From Bacillota bacterium (lineage in GTDB: Bacteria > Bacillota > Clostridia > Peptostreptococcales > Anaerovoracaceae), in NCBI GenBank assembly GCA_029239605.1, contig JARBUO010000011.1, forward strand, positions 1,429 through 65,428: a stretch of DNA of 64,000 bases. Direction: 5' to 3'. Both the position numbers and the translations under genes were made by a program. The notes beneath the pieces are model-generated. The model had not been told where the DNA came from, searched no databases, and saw only the letters and a program-made list of their open reading frames with translations. Shown here in pieces: positions 28,689-40,519 of this stretch (position 1 is its first letter; every line of letters begins with the position of its first letter).

Positions 28689-31600
28689 ATGCGAAATGAT
28701 CAACAAGAAATCTCCGTTGATTTCCTTAAGGAACGGGCAAAAGAACTAGAATGCCTGTACCGGGTTGATGAAGCTCTCAACGGTGATTCCCTGCCGGCAA
28801 TCCTTACAGAAATCTGCAGGGTCATGCCGAGAGGCTTTTGTAATGTACGTGCGTGTTACGTGGTAATCACTTTGGATGACTGCGTCTATTCTTTCACCGA
28901 GCCTTCCGATATCTGCGCCAGTTCCATTCGGTCAGACATCATCGTCAATGGTCGGGTGCGTGGCAATATTGAAGCCAGATATGAAGAATATGCGCTGAAT
29001 ACTCCCGTCTCTGCCTTTCTTGTTCAGGAGGAAAAGCTCCTCAATGCCGTAGCGAGCAAAATTTCAAATAAAATCTGTGTTCACGAAATGGAACCCAACG
29101 AAACGAGAAGCAACTGGGAAGCCATTCTCCTCTTTCTTCAAAATACAGACCATACCATGCTCCTTCACGTTTGTGAAAAGATGCTGACCCTGCTGGCAAA
29201 AACAGATCAATCCTTTATCATAGAAATCTTCAAGGAGATGAACTGGACGGAATATGACTATAAGGGCGAAATCAACTTTCCTCGGGGCGATATTCCAGCC
29301 ATGGACGTTATTTTGCTGAGCAACAGCGTTTTTCACGTTGCAAAGACCTGTTTAAAAGATGCGGAAATATTCGATTATATCAATCTTTGGATCTATCAGG
29401 GAAAGACCTATGAACTCATCAAACTGGTAGACAGAAAAGATTCCGATGTTAAGGACATATCGAAGGCACTGATTCAGTATCTGAAAGCCGTCCGTTCCAC
29501 AGAGATGTCAAGCAAGGCAACCAAACGGTGGCTCATCGTAGAGCTGGTAAGAAGATTCCTCACCGATCATTCCAAAATGATTGAGAATGCGAGGAGAAAT
29601 CTTTGCGTTGAGGATTTCTGCGAGCTGCTTGATACGGTGATCTGCTCTCCCAAAAGCTCCGGCAAAATCGGCGGAAAAGCCACCGGTTTCTTTCTTGCAA
29701 ATAAGATCATCGAAGCACATCTGAAAAAGGATCCAGGATATACAAACATCAAAAAACTAAGAACCTGGTATATCGCAGCTGATGAGCTGGAAAGCCTGCT
29801 TCACAATAATTATCTCGATGAGCTGAACGAACATAAATACCGGGATATCCTTGAAATCAGGATCAGCTACCCAAAAGTGGTCCATTCTATAAAGAATGCC
29901 CGGATGTCCCCTTACATTCTCACTGAATTGAACCACATCCTCGAACAGTGCGAAGACAGGCCTTTAATTATTCGTTCTTCCAGCCTTTTAGAGGATCAGC
30001 GAAACACTGCTTTTTCAGGTAAATACAAGAGCTTGTTCCTGACAAACACAGGTACAAAAGCAGAACGTATGAAAGGCTTGATTGAGTGTGTTCTGGAAGT
30101 CTATTCTTCTATGTTCAGTCCTGATTCTATTCAATACAGGAAGGAACATGGTCTGCTGGACAGCTCTGAGCAAATGGGCGTCATGATTCAAGAGGTAGTT
30201 GGCCGAAAGATCGGACCGTATTACTTTCCTCTGTTTGCAGGGGTGGGTTTTAGCTACAATGAATTCCGATGGTCTCCCAGGCTCAAGCGTGAGGATGGCC
30301 TCTTGAGAATGGTAATGGGTCTTGGTACTCGTGCTGTCGATCGTGTTGGGGATGATTTTCCGATTCTGATCTCTCCCGGTCAGCCGAAGCTGAGGGTAAA
30401 TCAAGTTCCTCAAGAGCTCCGGAAGTATTCACCGCAAATGATGGATGTTCTGGACATGGAGAACAATCGGTTTGTATCAGTTCCCATCGCCGATATTATG
30501 AAACAATACGGAAATGAAATTCCCAATCTGAATCTAACGGTATCCGTACTGAAAGATGATTTCATTACCGAGTACAACCGCTTAGTATCCGATTCTGACA
30601 AGGATCATTATGTCGTAACCTTTGATGGCTTGATTAACAAAACTCCTGCAGCAGCACAGCTCAAATCAATTATGTCGCTTCTGGAGGAAAAACTGGGATA
30701 TGCTGTAGATATTGAATTTGCCAGTGACGGTGAAAATCTGTACATCCTTCAATGCCGCCCCCAAAGCAAGAACCGCAATAATCTTCCGGCAGCAATACCA
30801 GCTAACATATCGGCCCAAAATACCGTCTTTACCGCGGATAAATATATCTCAAACGGCAGAGTTACAGGTATCAAAACGGTAGTATACATCGATCCGGAGG
30901 AATACGGAAAACTGGAACGGCATCAGGATCTGATTCGTGTTGGCAGCGCGGTCAGCGAATTGAATCACATTCTATACAGAAGAAGTTTTATTCTCATGGG
31001 ACCTGGTCGGTGGGGCAGCCGGGGAGATATTAAGCTCGGCGTTCAAGTGACGTATTCTGATATCTGTAATGCTTCTATGCTGATTGAAATCGCACAGAAA
31101 AAATCCAGACATCAACCCGAGTTATCCTTCGGGACTCATTTCTTCCAGGATCTCGTTGAAGCAGATATTAAATATCTGCCGCTTTACCCGGAAGATGATG
31201 ATGTAATATTCAACAGGAATTTCTTCCATAAAAATACAAACTCTCTGGAGACGATGCTCCCCTCATTTGCCGATCTGTCGGATGTCATTAAAGTCATTAA
31301 TATCTCGGAGAATTACTTCAGAAAAGAACTTGTGGTTCTCATGAATGCAGACTTGGAAAAGGCAGTTGCCTATCTGGAACAGCCTCAAAAACCCGACAGA
31401 AAGCACTCAGACGCCTATTTTGATGAGTACGAGCGTACCGGAGGAAAAGATGACGATGGTTGGAAATGGCGCCATTACATGGCTGAAAAAATTGCATCCT
31501 CTCTGGATTTTGATGCCTATTCCATCCAGGGTATTTATCTCTTTGGCAGCACCGGTTCCTGCACCGCAAGGCATAACAGTGACATTGATCTGCTGATTCA

Positions 31601-31847
31601 TTTTGGTGGCTCTGCCGATCAAAAGGAGAGGCTCGATGTACTGCTTCGCGGTTGGAGCAATGCATTGTCCGAAATCAACTACCTCAAAACAGGATACCAA
31701 TCCGACGGCCTCCTTGATGTTCATTATGTAACAGACCGGGACATCGAAAAGGGTGATTCCTATGCAATAAAGATCAACTCAGTCTATGATCCGGCAATTC
31801 CACTGCGGGTTCTCCAGGATAAAGACACTGATAACGTTCCAGATTAA
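28689..31847 (+). CDS. PEP/pyruvate-binding (PPDK_N, ATP-grasp) domain protein with GAF-like N-terminus and C-terminal Pol-beta-type nucleotidyltransferase
   Basis: IGGKA, IRSSSLLED..FSGKY, IQEVVG, GLGT, DIEFA..YILQCRP; SFGTHFF; GIYLFGS...SDIDL. Confidence 0.85.
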   Translation: MRNDQQEISVDFLKERAKELECLYRVDEALNGDSLPAILTEICRVMPRGFCNVRACYVVITLDDCVYSFTEPSDICASSIRSDIIVNGRVRGNIEARYEEYALNTPVSAFLVQEEKLLNAVASKISNKICVHEMEPNETRSNWEAILLFLQNTDHTMLLHVCEKMLTLLAKTDQSFIIEIFKEMNWTEYDYKGEINFPRGDIPAMDVILLSNSVFHVAKTCLKDAEIFDYINLWIYQGKTYELIKLVDRKDSDVKDISKALIQYLKAVRSTEMSSKATKRWLIVELVRRFLTDHSKMIENARRNLCVEDFCELLDTVICSPKSSGKIGGKATGFFLANKIIEAHLKKDPGYTNIKKLRTWYIAADELESLLHNNYLDELNEHKYRDILEIRISYPKVVHSIKNARMSPYILTELNHILEQCEDRPLIIRSSSLLEDQRNTAFSGKYKSLFLTNTGTKAERMKGLIECVLEVYSSMFSPDSIQYRKEHGLLDSSEQMGVMIQEVVGRKIGPYYFPLFAGVGFSYNEFRWSPRLKREDGLLRMVMGLGTRAVDRVGDDFPILISPGQPKLRVNQVPQELRKYSPQMMDVLDMENNRFVSVPIADIMKQYGNEIPNLNLTVSVLKDDFITEYNRLVSDSDKDHYVVTFDGLINKTPAAAQLKSIMSLLEEKLGYAVDIEFASDGENLYILQCRPQSKNRNNLPAAIPANISAQNTVFTADKYISNGRVTGIKTVVYIDPEEYGKLERHQDLIRVGSAVSELNHILYRRSFILMGPGRWGSRGDIKLGVQVTYSDICNASMLIEIAQKKSRHQPELSFGTHFFQDLVEADIKYLPLYPEDDDVIFNRNFFHKNTNSLETMLPSFADLSDVIKVINISENYFRKELVVLMNADLEKAVAYLEQPQKPDRKHSDAYFDEYERTGGKDDDGWKWRHYMAEKIASSLDFDAYSIQGIYLFGSTGSCTARHNSDIDLLIHFGGSADQKERLDVLLRGWSNALSEINYLKTGYQSDGLLDVHYVTDRDIEKGDSYAIKINSVYDPAIPLRVLQDKDTDNVPD

Positions 31848-31870
31848 CAAGAGCTTCATCGATGTTCAAC

Positions 31871-31916
31871 AAAGCCCCCTGCATACCGTTTTATTAACGG
31901 TTCAGGGGGCTTTCTT
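31871..31916 (+). terminator. Intrinsic terminator
   Basis: AAAGCCCCCTG...CAGGGGGCTTT stem with inner ACCGTT/AACGGT. Confidence 0.8.
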
Positions 31917-32119
31917 CTCTTCATAAGCCGAATTCATCTTGGCGAGTTACCATTGCGTTTATTATCAAAATATTCATAATCATTTGATATTTTATTTTTC
32001 CTTTTTTTCGATTCCCATACGTCACTATTGTTTTCCACTTAATTACATTTTATGATTCGACCGAAAAAGACAATTGTAATTTTTTTACACACAAAAGGAT
32101 TTTGTCCTTAAAATTTAAG

Positions 32120-32137
32120 TTGTTAATATTTCAACAT
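32120..32137. promoter_or_regulatory. Candidate Rex operator upstream of gdhA
   Basis: TTGTTAA-TATT-TCAACAT, two mismatches from TTGTTAA-N4-TTAACAA. Confidence 0.45.
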
Positions 32138-32272
32138 TTGCATTGAAAAGTTACTCAGAACCCCTGCTTCAGGAAAGGGGTGTATACAAAATGCACCATT
32201 GAAACCGCTGAATTCCAGCGTTTTCAGAATATTAGAACTTTGCCAAAACGGCGTTTTTTGAAGGTTTATTTA

Positions 32273-32301
32273 TTGACTACATTTTAGGGTTATGATAATG
32301 T
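32273..32301 (+). promoter_or_regulatory. Sigma-A promoter of gdhA
   Basis: TTGACT-N17-TAATGT with extended TG. Confidence 0.55.
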
Positions 32302-32339
32302 ATGGGTGAAAAGAAAACTTACTTTTTATTACAGTTTAA

Positions 32340-33704
<1,365 letters not shown>

Positions 33705-33754
33705 AATAAGTCGGCCGGATGGCGATTTGAAAAGAACAATAACTTAAGCAAAAA

Positions 33755-33788
33755 TAACAAGGGCAGGAAACCTCCTGCCCTTGTCTTA
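33755..33788. terminator. Terminator between convergent gdhA and DGC genes
   Basis: ACAAGGGCAGGA/TCCTGCCCTTGT 12-bp stem. Confidence 0.8.
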
Positions 33789-33807
33789 TGATTATCTTTA
33801 GGTTTTA

Positions 33808-34794
33808 TTAATTTTCTATGAATTCCCTTTCGTTTTCAAAATTTCGAAAAACAATTTCGCCCATGTTGCACATCGCTCGTCCTCGGCCATGTTTTTTTGC
33901 TCTATAAAGCATCTGATCCACATTCATGAGCAAATCAGTACATTGGAGGATTTTATCATCTGGTGCAACGTGGATGACACCTGCACTGAAAGTAACCGGT
34001 ATTTCAACAGTATCTGCGAAAAACGCCTCCAGTTCATTGTGAATTCGTTTTAGAATCTGCAGCGACTGCCTTTGATCAGTCTCAAAAAAAATGAAGATAA
34101 ACTCTTCACCGCCAAATCTGCCTAACAGATCGTTTTTTCGGATGTGACTGCGTGAAATATCAGAAAACACCTCTAAAACCTTATCTCCCATCAGATGCCC
34201 GTATCGGTCATTCAGCAATTTGAAATGATCAAAATCAATCATGCATACTGTAACACTGCCTGCATTTTTTTCAGTTTCTGCCAGGTCCTTTAGCGCTGCC
34301 ATGAGACTGGCCTTATTCATCGTGCCTGTCGCATGGTCCAGGGTTAACAACGCCTTCAATTCATCAACCTGTCTGTGTAATCCGGTCAGATCTACGAACG
34401 AAAGCACGGCATATTCCTCATTGAACCACGTAATTTGAGATCCGATTAATTGGAACCATTTACTGATACTTTGATTTCCATGAGTAAAAGAATATTGGAT
34501 TACATTGTCAGAAACCCTTTCGTTATGCAAAATTTGTCTTGCCATGTTCCTTAAATCGCAGTTGATACAGTCTGTTTTTTCACCGCATCGGCACCTGCCA
34601 GATTCCAGAATCTTACAGTGAAAGGCCTCTCCGAAAGAGCGGTAGGATACATCCCTGATTTCCATATGAAGGCTTTGGAACATCTGATTATTTGTAAGAA
34701 TCAAATCCATATCCTTATTTACAACGACCTGCGGAATCGCCGAATTTTGAAACAGCTTATAAAAGAACATACTTTCACTCATAATTGATTCCAA
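33808..34794 (-). CDS. Diguanylate cyclase with Cys-rich PAS-like N-terminus
   Basis: DHATG, DFDHFK..ND.YGH..GD, RKND I-site, GGEEF. Confidence 0.9.
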   Translation of the reverse strand: MESIMSESMFFYKLFQNSAIPQVVVNKDMDLILTNNQMFQSLHMEIRDVSYRSFGEAFHCKILESGRCRCGEKTDCINCDLRNMARQILHNERVSDNVIQYSFTHGNQSISKWFQLIGSQITWFNEEYAVLSFVDLTGLHRQVDELKALLTLDHATGTMNKASLMAALKDLAETEKNAGSVTVCMIDFDHFKLLNDRYGHLMGDKVLEVFSDISRSHIRKNDLLGRFGGEEFIFIFFETDQRQSLQILKRIHNELEAFFADTVEIPVTFSAGVIHVAPDDKILQCTDLLMNVDQMLYRAKKHGRGRAMCNMGEIVFRNFENEREFIEN

Positions 34795-34880
34795 TCCATT
34801 GAAGCTTTCTCCCCTGCTCTTGAAGCAGCTGGCTGTATCATCATTGTATAATTTTACATAATTAGTCCATAATAAAGATT

Positions 34881-34964
34881 ACTCTATTTCCTTGTATTAT
34901 ATAACACGTATTTCTTGTTGTAAATAACAAGTAATACTTTTTACTATTTACAATTTCAGCTTGT
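34881..34964. repeat. Four 15-bp operator-like sites with exact 23-bp period between the divergent DGC and XRE genes
   Basis: ACTCTATTTCCTTGT (34881), ACACGTATTTCTTGT (34904), ACAAGTAATACTTTT (34927), ACAATTTCAGCTTGT (34950). Confidence 0.65.
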
Positions 34965-34988
34965 TAAAATGAGAGCGGAGGTGCACAG

Positions 34989-35309
34989 ATGGAAAATTTA
35001 AAAAAGCTCAGGGCAAAAGCCGGAATCAGCCAGCAGAAATTGGCAGGTGAACTGGGGCTTACTCAGCAGAGTATCCACAGTTATGAAAATGGTGTATATG
35101 AGCCGGATATAGCGACGCTTAAGCTGTTTGCAGCATATTTTGACACTTCCGTCGATTACCTGATTGGGAATACAGATATCCGGCGTAAAATTGAAAAGTC
35201 AGACAGATTTGAATTAAATTCCGAAGAAGCGGAACTCATCAAGAAATACAGAGCCCTGTCAAAGAAACACAAAAAGAGTTTACTGCTCATACTCGACAGC
35301 CTTCTATGA
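34989..35309 (+). CDS. XRE-family HTH transcriptional regulator
   Basis: LKKLR...SQQKLA..LGLTQQSIHSYENG..EP...FDTSVDYLIG. Confidence 0.93.
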   Translation: MENLKKLRAKAGISQQKLAGELGLTQQSIHSYENGVYEPDIATLKLFAAYFDTSVDYLIGNTDIRRKIEKSDRFELNSEEAELIKKYRALSKKHKKSLLLILDSLL

Positions 35310-35362
35310 TTTGACATCTTTCCGTTAAACTGCACAATAATAAATGAATAGATTATTTCAGC

Positions 35363-35404
35363 AAAAATCCCACCTCATTCAGTATAATAAGATGGGATTT
35401 TTTT
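35363..35404. terminator. Bidirectional terminator (XRE / clpB)
   Basis: AAAAATCCCA...TGGGATTTTTTT. Confidence 0.7.
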
Positions 35405-35494
35405 CAGTCAATTATTTTATTGTATTTACAGCAGCGTAGCTTCATTGTATTGGCAGCAAGTCATTTGATGTCCCTTGACAGTTTTAAAATCAGT

Positions 35495-38077
35495 TTAAAA
35501 ACTTAGGCTGTCGTTTTTTATATCGATGGTAATATCTTCTCCATCATGAACTTCTCCTTTGATCAATTTGGAGGCAATTTCCGTCTCAATATGCTTCTGC
35601 AGATACCGCTTGACAGGTCGTGCTCCGTAGGTAGGAGAATACGCCTCTTCTGCGATATAGCGCTTTGTAGAATCTGTCAGAACCACCTTGATATTTCTAT
35701 CTTTCAGTTTCTCCTGAATGTGAATCATGGAGATATCGATAATCTTCATAATCTGGGCTTCTGTAAGGGGAGAGAAAATTACCACATCATCGATACGGTT
35801 AAGAAATTCAGGCCTGAAGTGGCGTTTCATTTCATCTTCAACGCGTTCCTTGACCTCCTCTGAAATCGTCCCGTCCTGTGAGATATGCTCAATAAGGTAC
35901 GGGCTGCCGATATTGGAAGTCATAATGACAATTGTATTTTTAAAGTCAACAGTTCTCCCCTGGTTATCCGTCAGCCTGCCATCATCCAGAAGCTGAAGCA
36001 GAATGTTGAACACATCAGGATGCGCTTTTTCAATTTCATCGAAAAGAATGACGCTGTAGGGTCTCCGTCTTACCGCTTCGGTCAGCTGGCCGCCCTCATC
36101 ATAACCCACATAGCCGGGAGGCGCTCCGACAAGGCGTGACACAGAGTGTTTCTCCATATATTCGGACATATCGATCCGAATCATGTTTTTCTCAGAGTCA
36201 AACAGCGCTTCTGATAGTGCTTTTGCAAGCTCCGTCTTCCCTACTCCCGTAGGACCCAGGAAAATAAAGGAACCAATTGGTCTGTTTGCATCTTTCAGCC
36301 CTGCTCTGGCCCGCAAAACGGCCTCTGATACGGCGGTAACTGCATCGTCTTGCCCAATTACCCTCTGATGCAGTAACGCTCCGAGGCGAAGAAGCTTTTC
36401 CTTCTCTGCTTCAACCAATTTGCTGACAGGAATTCCGGTCCAGTTAGAAACCACTTCAGCAATTTCCTCTTCCGTGACCTCTTCTTTCAGCAGCCGTTTC
36501 TCCCGCGCTTCTTCGTTAAGCTCCATTTCTGCAGCCAGTTTTTTTTCAAGCTCCGGCAAGGTTCCATACTTTAACTTTGCAAGTTTTTCCAGATCATACT
36601 TCCGTTCTGCATCTTCTATCTGAAGCTTCACATCTTCAATCTGCTGTTTGGTACCCTTCAGATCTGTTATCGCTTTCTTTTCGTTTTCCCACTGGGCGCG
36701 CATAGCTGAATTTTCTTCCTTCAGCTCTGAAAGTTCCCGTTCAATGTGTTCCAACCTCGCTTTTGATCCGCTGTCGGTTTCCTTACCAAGCGCCTGCTTT
36801 TCAATTTCCAGCTGCATAATCTTTCTTGCTATCTCGTCCAGCTCTGCAGGCATGCTGTCAATTTCGGTACGAATTTTCGAAGCTGCTTCATCCATTAAAT
36901 CGATTGCCTTATCTGGAAGAAAGCGATCACTGATGTATCGTTCCGAAAGTGTTGCACATGCGATCAGTGCATTGTCCGTGATTCTTACACCGTGATGGAT
37001 TTCAAAACGCTCCTTCAAACCTCGCAGAATTGAAATGGTATCTTCTACGGTGGGCTGATCCACGAGAATTTTCTGGAATCTGCGTTCCAGCGCTGCATCT
37101 TTTTCAATATTTTTTCTGTATTCATCAAGGGTTGTGGCACCGATACAATGAAGTTCTCCTCTGGCCAGCTTAGGCTTGAGAAGATTTCCTGCATCCATGG
37201 AGCCCTCGGCTTTGCCCGCACCTACAATATTGTGTATTTCATCAATAAACAGGATAATTCGGCCTTCGGACTTCTCAATCTCATTCAGAACCGACTTCAG
37301 CCGTTCTTCAAATTCCCCTCTGAATTTTGCTCCTGCGATGAGCGCGCCCATGTCCAGTGCATAAATCGTTTTGTCTTTCAGGCCTTCCGGCACATCTCCA
37401 TTCAAGATTCTTTGTGCCAGCCCTTCTACAACGGCAGTTTTCCCTACACCAGGCTCACCGATAAGCACCGGATTATTTTTTGTTCTTCTGGACAGGATCT
37501 GTATCGTATGGCGGATTTCGGAGTCTCTGCCAATGACAGGATCCAGCTTCCCCTGTGCAGCCAAATCGACCAAATCCCTCCCATACTTATTCAGAGCATC
37601 ATAATTATCTTCGGGATTTTGGCTTGTAACTCTCTGATTTCCCCGAACTTTGGACAGCGCCTGCAGAAACCCATCCTTGGTAATATTATGCTTTCTGAAG
37701 ATCCTGCTCGAAGGCGTATTTTTTTCCTCCAAAAGTGCGAGATACAGATGCTCAACACTGGTATACTCATCCTTAAAATCAGAGGAAATCTTCTCTGCGC
37801 GCAGCAGCAGCTGGTTCAGCCTCCTGGAGGAATACATATTATCGTTTCCGCCCTGAACCTTGGGAAGCCGTTCCAATTCCTCCTGCAGTTCCGAAGTTAT
37901 TTCCCCTGCGCTTATGCCCATTAAACTGATAAGTTTCGGTATTAACCCATCCTGCTGAAGCATCAGAGCAAGATGCAGATGTTCTCCATCCAGTTGTTGA
38001 TGACCTTCCTGTACTCCTATATTTTGGCAGTCCATCACCGCCGATTGTGCATTTTGCGTAAATCTCTCAAAATTCAT
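35495..38077 (-). CDS. clpB: ATP-dependent chaperone ClpB
   Basis: Two AAA+ modules ([16 protein letters not shown]), long coiled-coil M domain, GYVGY loop. Confidence 0.97.
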   Translation of the reverse strand: MNFERFTQNAQSAVMDCQNIGVQEGHQQLDGEHLHLALMLQQDGLIPKLISLMGISAGEITSELQEELERLPKVQGGNDNMYSSRRLNQLLLRAEKISSDFKDEYTSVEHLYLALLEEKNTPSSRIFRKHNITKDGFLQALSKVRGNQRVTSQNPEDNYDALNKYGRDLVDLAAQGKLDPVIGRDSEIRHTIQILSRRTKNNPVLIGEPGVGKTAVVEGLAQRILNGDVPEGLKDKTIYALDMGALIAGAKFRGEFEERLKSVLNEIEKSEGRIILFIDEIHNIVGAGKAEGSMDAGNLLKPKLARGELHCIGATTLDEYRKNIEKDAALERRFQKILVDQPTVEDTISILRGLKERFEIHHGVRITDNALIACATLSERYISDRFLPDKAIDLMDEAASKIRTEIDSMPAELDEIARKIMQLEIEKQALGKETDSGSKARLEHIERELSELKEENSAMRAQWENEKKAITDLKGTKQQIEDVKLQIEDAERKYDLEKLAKLKYGTLPELEKKLAAEMELNEEAREKRLLKEEVTEEEIAEVVSNWTGIPVSKLVEAEKEKLLRLGALLHQRVIGQDDAVTAVSEAVLRARAGLKDANRPIGSFIFLGPTGVGKTELAKALSEALFDSEKNMIRIDMSEYMEKHSVSRLVGAPPGYVGYDEGGQLTEAVRRRPYSVILFDEIEKAHPDVFNILLQLLDDGRLTDNQGRTVDFKNTIVIMTSNIGSPYLIEHISQDGTISEEVKERVEDEMKRHFRPEFLNRIDDVVIFSPLTEAQIMKIIDISMIHIQEKLKDRNIKVVLTDSTKRYIAEEAYSPTYGARPVKRYLQKHIETEIASKLIKGEVHDGEDITIDIKNDSLSF

Positions 38078-38265
38078 AGAAACACCCCCTCGTTATTTTA
38101 AGCATCGGTTGACAAAGTATAACACGGTTTACAAAGAAAATTGCCCACGCAGGTAAGCGACGGCATGTGGTCCTATTCTCATCACTGCCGCTGTTAGCTT
38201 TTATCATCATAAGAACCAAGTTCCTTTAATTATATACCACCGGTACTTTGATTTAAACATAAAAA

Positions 38266-38292
38266 TTAGCACTCTCACAAAGAGAGTGCTAA
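38266..38292. promoter_or_regulatory. CIRCE element (HrcA operator) upstream of clpB
   Basis: TTAGCACTC-N9-GAGTGCTAA, an exact match. Confidence 0.95.
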
Positions 38293-38378
38293 TTCTAGTT
38301 TTCTCTTATTCTGCTCCATCGTTTCTAAAAGCATCAACCGGTAGGATTCCAGTAAACTAAGCCGAACTACTAAAAGAA

Positions 38379-39107
38379 TCAAGCCAATCCATAAATGCGG
38401 AATACGAAGTTCAGAACAAATCCAACGGCGGGGATTAAGACCTTGTCCGTGATATTCAGCATCATCAACAGCAGCAAAATCACAAATCCATTCTGATACA
38501 GCGGATAATAAAAGTCTCTTTTTCTGAGGTCAAATAGTTCCGTAATGACGCCAAATCCATCCAACGGAGGAACTGGAAGCAAATTGAACAGCATGAGAAC
38601 AATATTGATTAAAACAATATTATAGACTAATTCAACGATGACGCTGCCCATATAGGTACTGAGAAATGCAGGATTCCATAGAACCAAAAGCTTGAATACG
38701 CCTGCAAAGGCGATTGCAAGGATAAAATTCAAAGTGACTCCAGCCAAATCTACAAGCAGGCCATCTCGTCTCATCTTCTTAAAGTTCATCGGGTTTACCT
38801 GAACGGGTTTGCCCCAGCCGAACCCAATGAAGATCAACGCCACGAATCCAATGGGATCAATATGGGCAGCAGGGTTGATGGTTACTCTTCCCTGAAGTTT
38901 TGGCGTCTGATCTCCCAAAGCGTATGCAGCTGCTGCATGGGCGAATTCATGAAAGGACAACCCGATGATAATTGCCGGCAACAGGAAAAGTTTATCCATG
39001 AACCAGCTGGCAGGGTTGCTGAATTGCCCGCTGGTGAAAGACTGATATGCCATATATAAAATAAAAAAAACAGCAAGTGGGTTGTTACGTATTAATCTCA
39101 ATCTCAA
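38379..39107 (-). CDS. Site-2 protease (peptidase M50 family)
   Basis: HEFAH, GWGKPV, FNLLPVPPLDG. Confidence 0.92.
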   Translation of the reverse strand: MRLRLIRNNPLAVFFILYMAYQSFTSGQFSNPASWFMDKLFLLPAIIIGLSFHEFAHAAAAYALGDQTPKLQGRVTINPAAHIDPIGFVALIFIGFGWGKPVQVNPMNFKKMRRDGLLVDLAGVTLNFILAIAFAGVFKLLVLWNPAFLSTYMGSVIVELVYNIVLINIVLMLFNLLPVPPLDGFGVITELFDLRKRDFYYPLYQNGFVILLLLMMLNITDKVLIPAVGFVLNFVFRIYGLA

Positions 39108-39116
39108 TTCTCCTTT

Positions 39117-40391
39117 TTATCTCTTTTGATCGGCACTGTTCATCGCTTTCGCGTGAATATGATTAACAAACTGCCTTGCAGACCTTCCGGATCTGCCGCT
39201 TTGCCTCATATCCCAGCGCATGGCTTCTTCGATTAAAGAATTCTCTTCCACCTCAACGCCTTCCTGCCTGACAAGACCCTTTATAATCTCCAGATATTCT
39301 TTCTTGTCCGGCGAAGAAAACGTGATGGAAAGACCAAATCGGTCAGCAAGAGATAACCGCTCCTGCATGCCGTCATTTCCATGTACTTCGCCGTTGTCAC
39401 CACGATCCCACCAGGTCTCCTTGATGATGTTTCTCCGATTAGAAGTAACATAAATCAGGATATTCGCCGGCTGCGCTTCCACACCTCCGTCAATCACCGA
39501 TTTAAAGTGTTTATATCCAAGCTCTGTTTCGTCAAAGGATAGGTCATCGATGAATATAATAAACTTACAGCCTCGGTCTGCCGCGGTCTCTATTATTCGA
39601 TAAAGATGATCCACATTGTTCTTATTCAACGAAATTAATTTTAATTTATCATTTGCAAATCGGTTTAACAGGGCTTTTACACAGGAAGATTTTCCGGTTC
39701 CCCGATCTCCGTGAAGCAATACGTTATTCGCTCTATAACCGTTAATAAAGAACTCTGTATTTTCAATCAGCGCTTCCTTTTGCCGGTCATATCCGACAAG
39801 CTGATCGAAGGTTATTTTATCATAATTCCTTACCCCAACAAGGCCATCATCCCAAACAAAGGCCTGATAACTTTCGAAGACACCACAGCCGTACCTTGCG
39901 TAATACTCCCGCAGCCCTTCTACGGTTACATGAGGTTCACTGCTTTCAAGTGCCTTTTTCAATAAATTGCGGTTGGTTCCCTGTTGGTTCTTTCCAGTCA
40001 GTCTCATAGAACAAACGGAAGTATCTTCATCAAGAAAAATTCGTCCCACCCGATCCCATTCCAACCGGTACAGCTTTTTCAGCACATCGGTTTCCCGAAG
40101 TGCAAGGGCATGGATATTTTCGTCATTACTACCCTTTTCCGACAGCAGGCTGAAGCGATTTTCGCTTTCAGCGATTAGCCTGCAGATATAATTCTGCCAA
40201 TATGTCCCCTCGATTCCTGCATCATCTGCAGTTTCCAGAAGTCCTCTCTGTATCTGATAGTATTCAGACTCCATGTATGAAATATATTCATGATAATCAA
40301 ATTCATTGAATATTTTAACCGCTGCCTGAATAAGCATATCGCGTCTGATATTGTCATATAAAATCAGGGTTTCCAAATTAATTTTGCTCAT
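39117..40391 (-). CDS. DUF815 family AAA+ ATPase
   Basis: NNVLLHGDRGTGKSS, FIDDLSF, TSNRR, SLADRFGL, SGRSARQF. Confidence 0.88.
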   Translation of the reverse strand: MSKINLETLILYDNIRRDMLIQAAVKIFNEFDYHEYISYMESEYYQIQRGLLETADDAGIEGTYWQNYICRLIAESENRFSLLSEKGSNDENIHALALRETDVLKKLYRLEWDRVGRIFLDEDTSVCSMRLTGKNQQGTNRNLLKKALESSEPHVTVEGLREYYARYGCGVFESYQAFVWDDGLVGVRNYDKITFDQLVGYDRQKEALIENTEFFINGYRANNVLLHGDRGTGKSSCVKALLNRFANDKLKLISLNKNNVDHLYRIIETAADRGCKFIIFIDDLSFDETELGYKHFKSVIDGGVEAQPANILIYVTSNRRNIIKETWWDRGDNGEVHGNDGMQERLSLADRFGLSITFSSPDKKEYLEIIKGLVRQEGVEVEENSLIEEAMRWDMRQSGRSGRSARQFVNHIHAKAMNSADQKR

Positions 40392-40519
40392 TCTCTACTC
40401 CTTTCGCTCGAGCTCAAACGGTTCGAGCAACCTGTCCCTAATTCCAATATTTTATCACATAATCCACTTATTTAAAATAATATGATAGTAAAATTTGAAC
40501 GAGAGGTGATTTTTAAGTT

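Noticed and set aside
32219-32233. CodY box upstream of gdhA (also a weaker one near 63435-63450)
   Set aside because: Three or more mismatches in AT-rich DNA; not distinguishable from background
34989-35309. XRE gene as a prophage or ICE remnant
   Set aside because: No integrase, att sites or phage genes nearby
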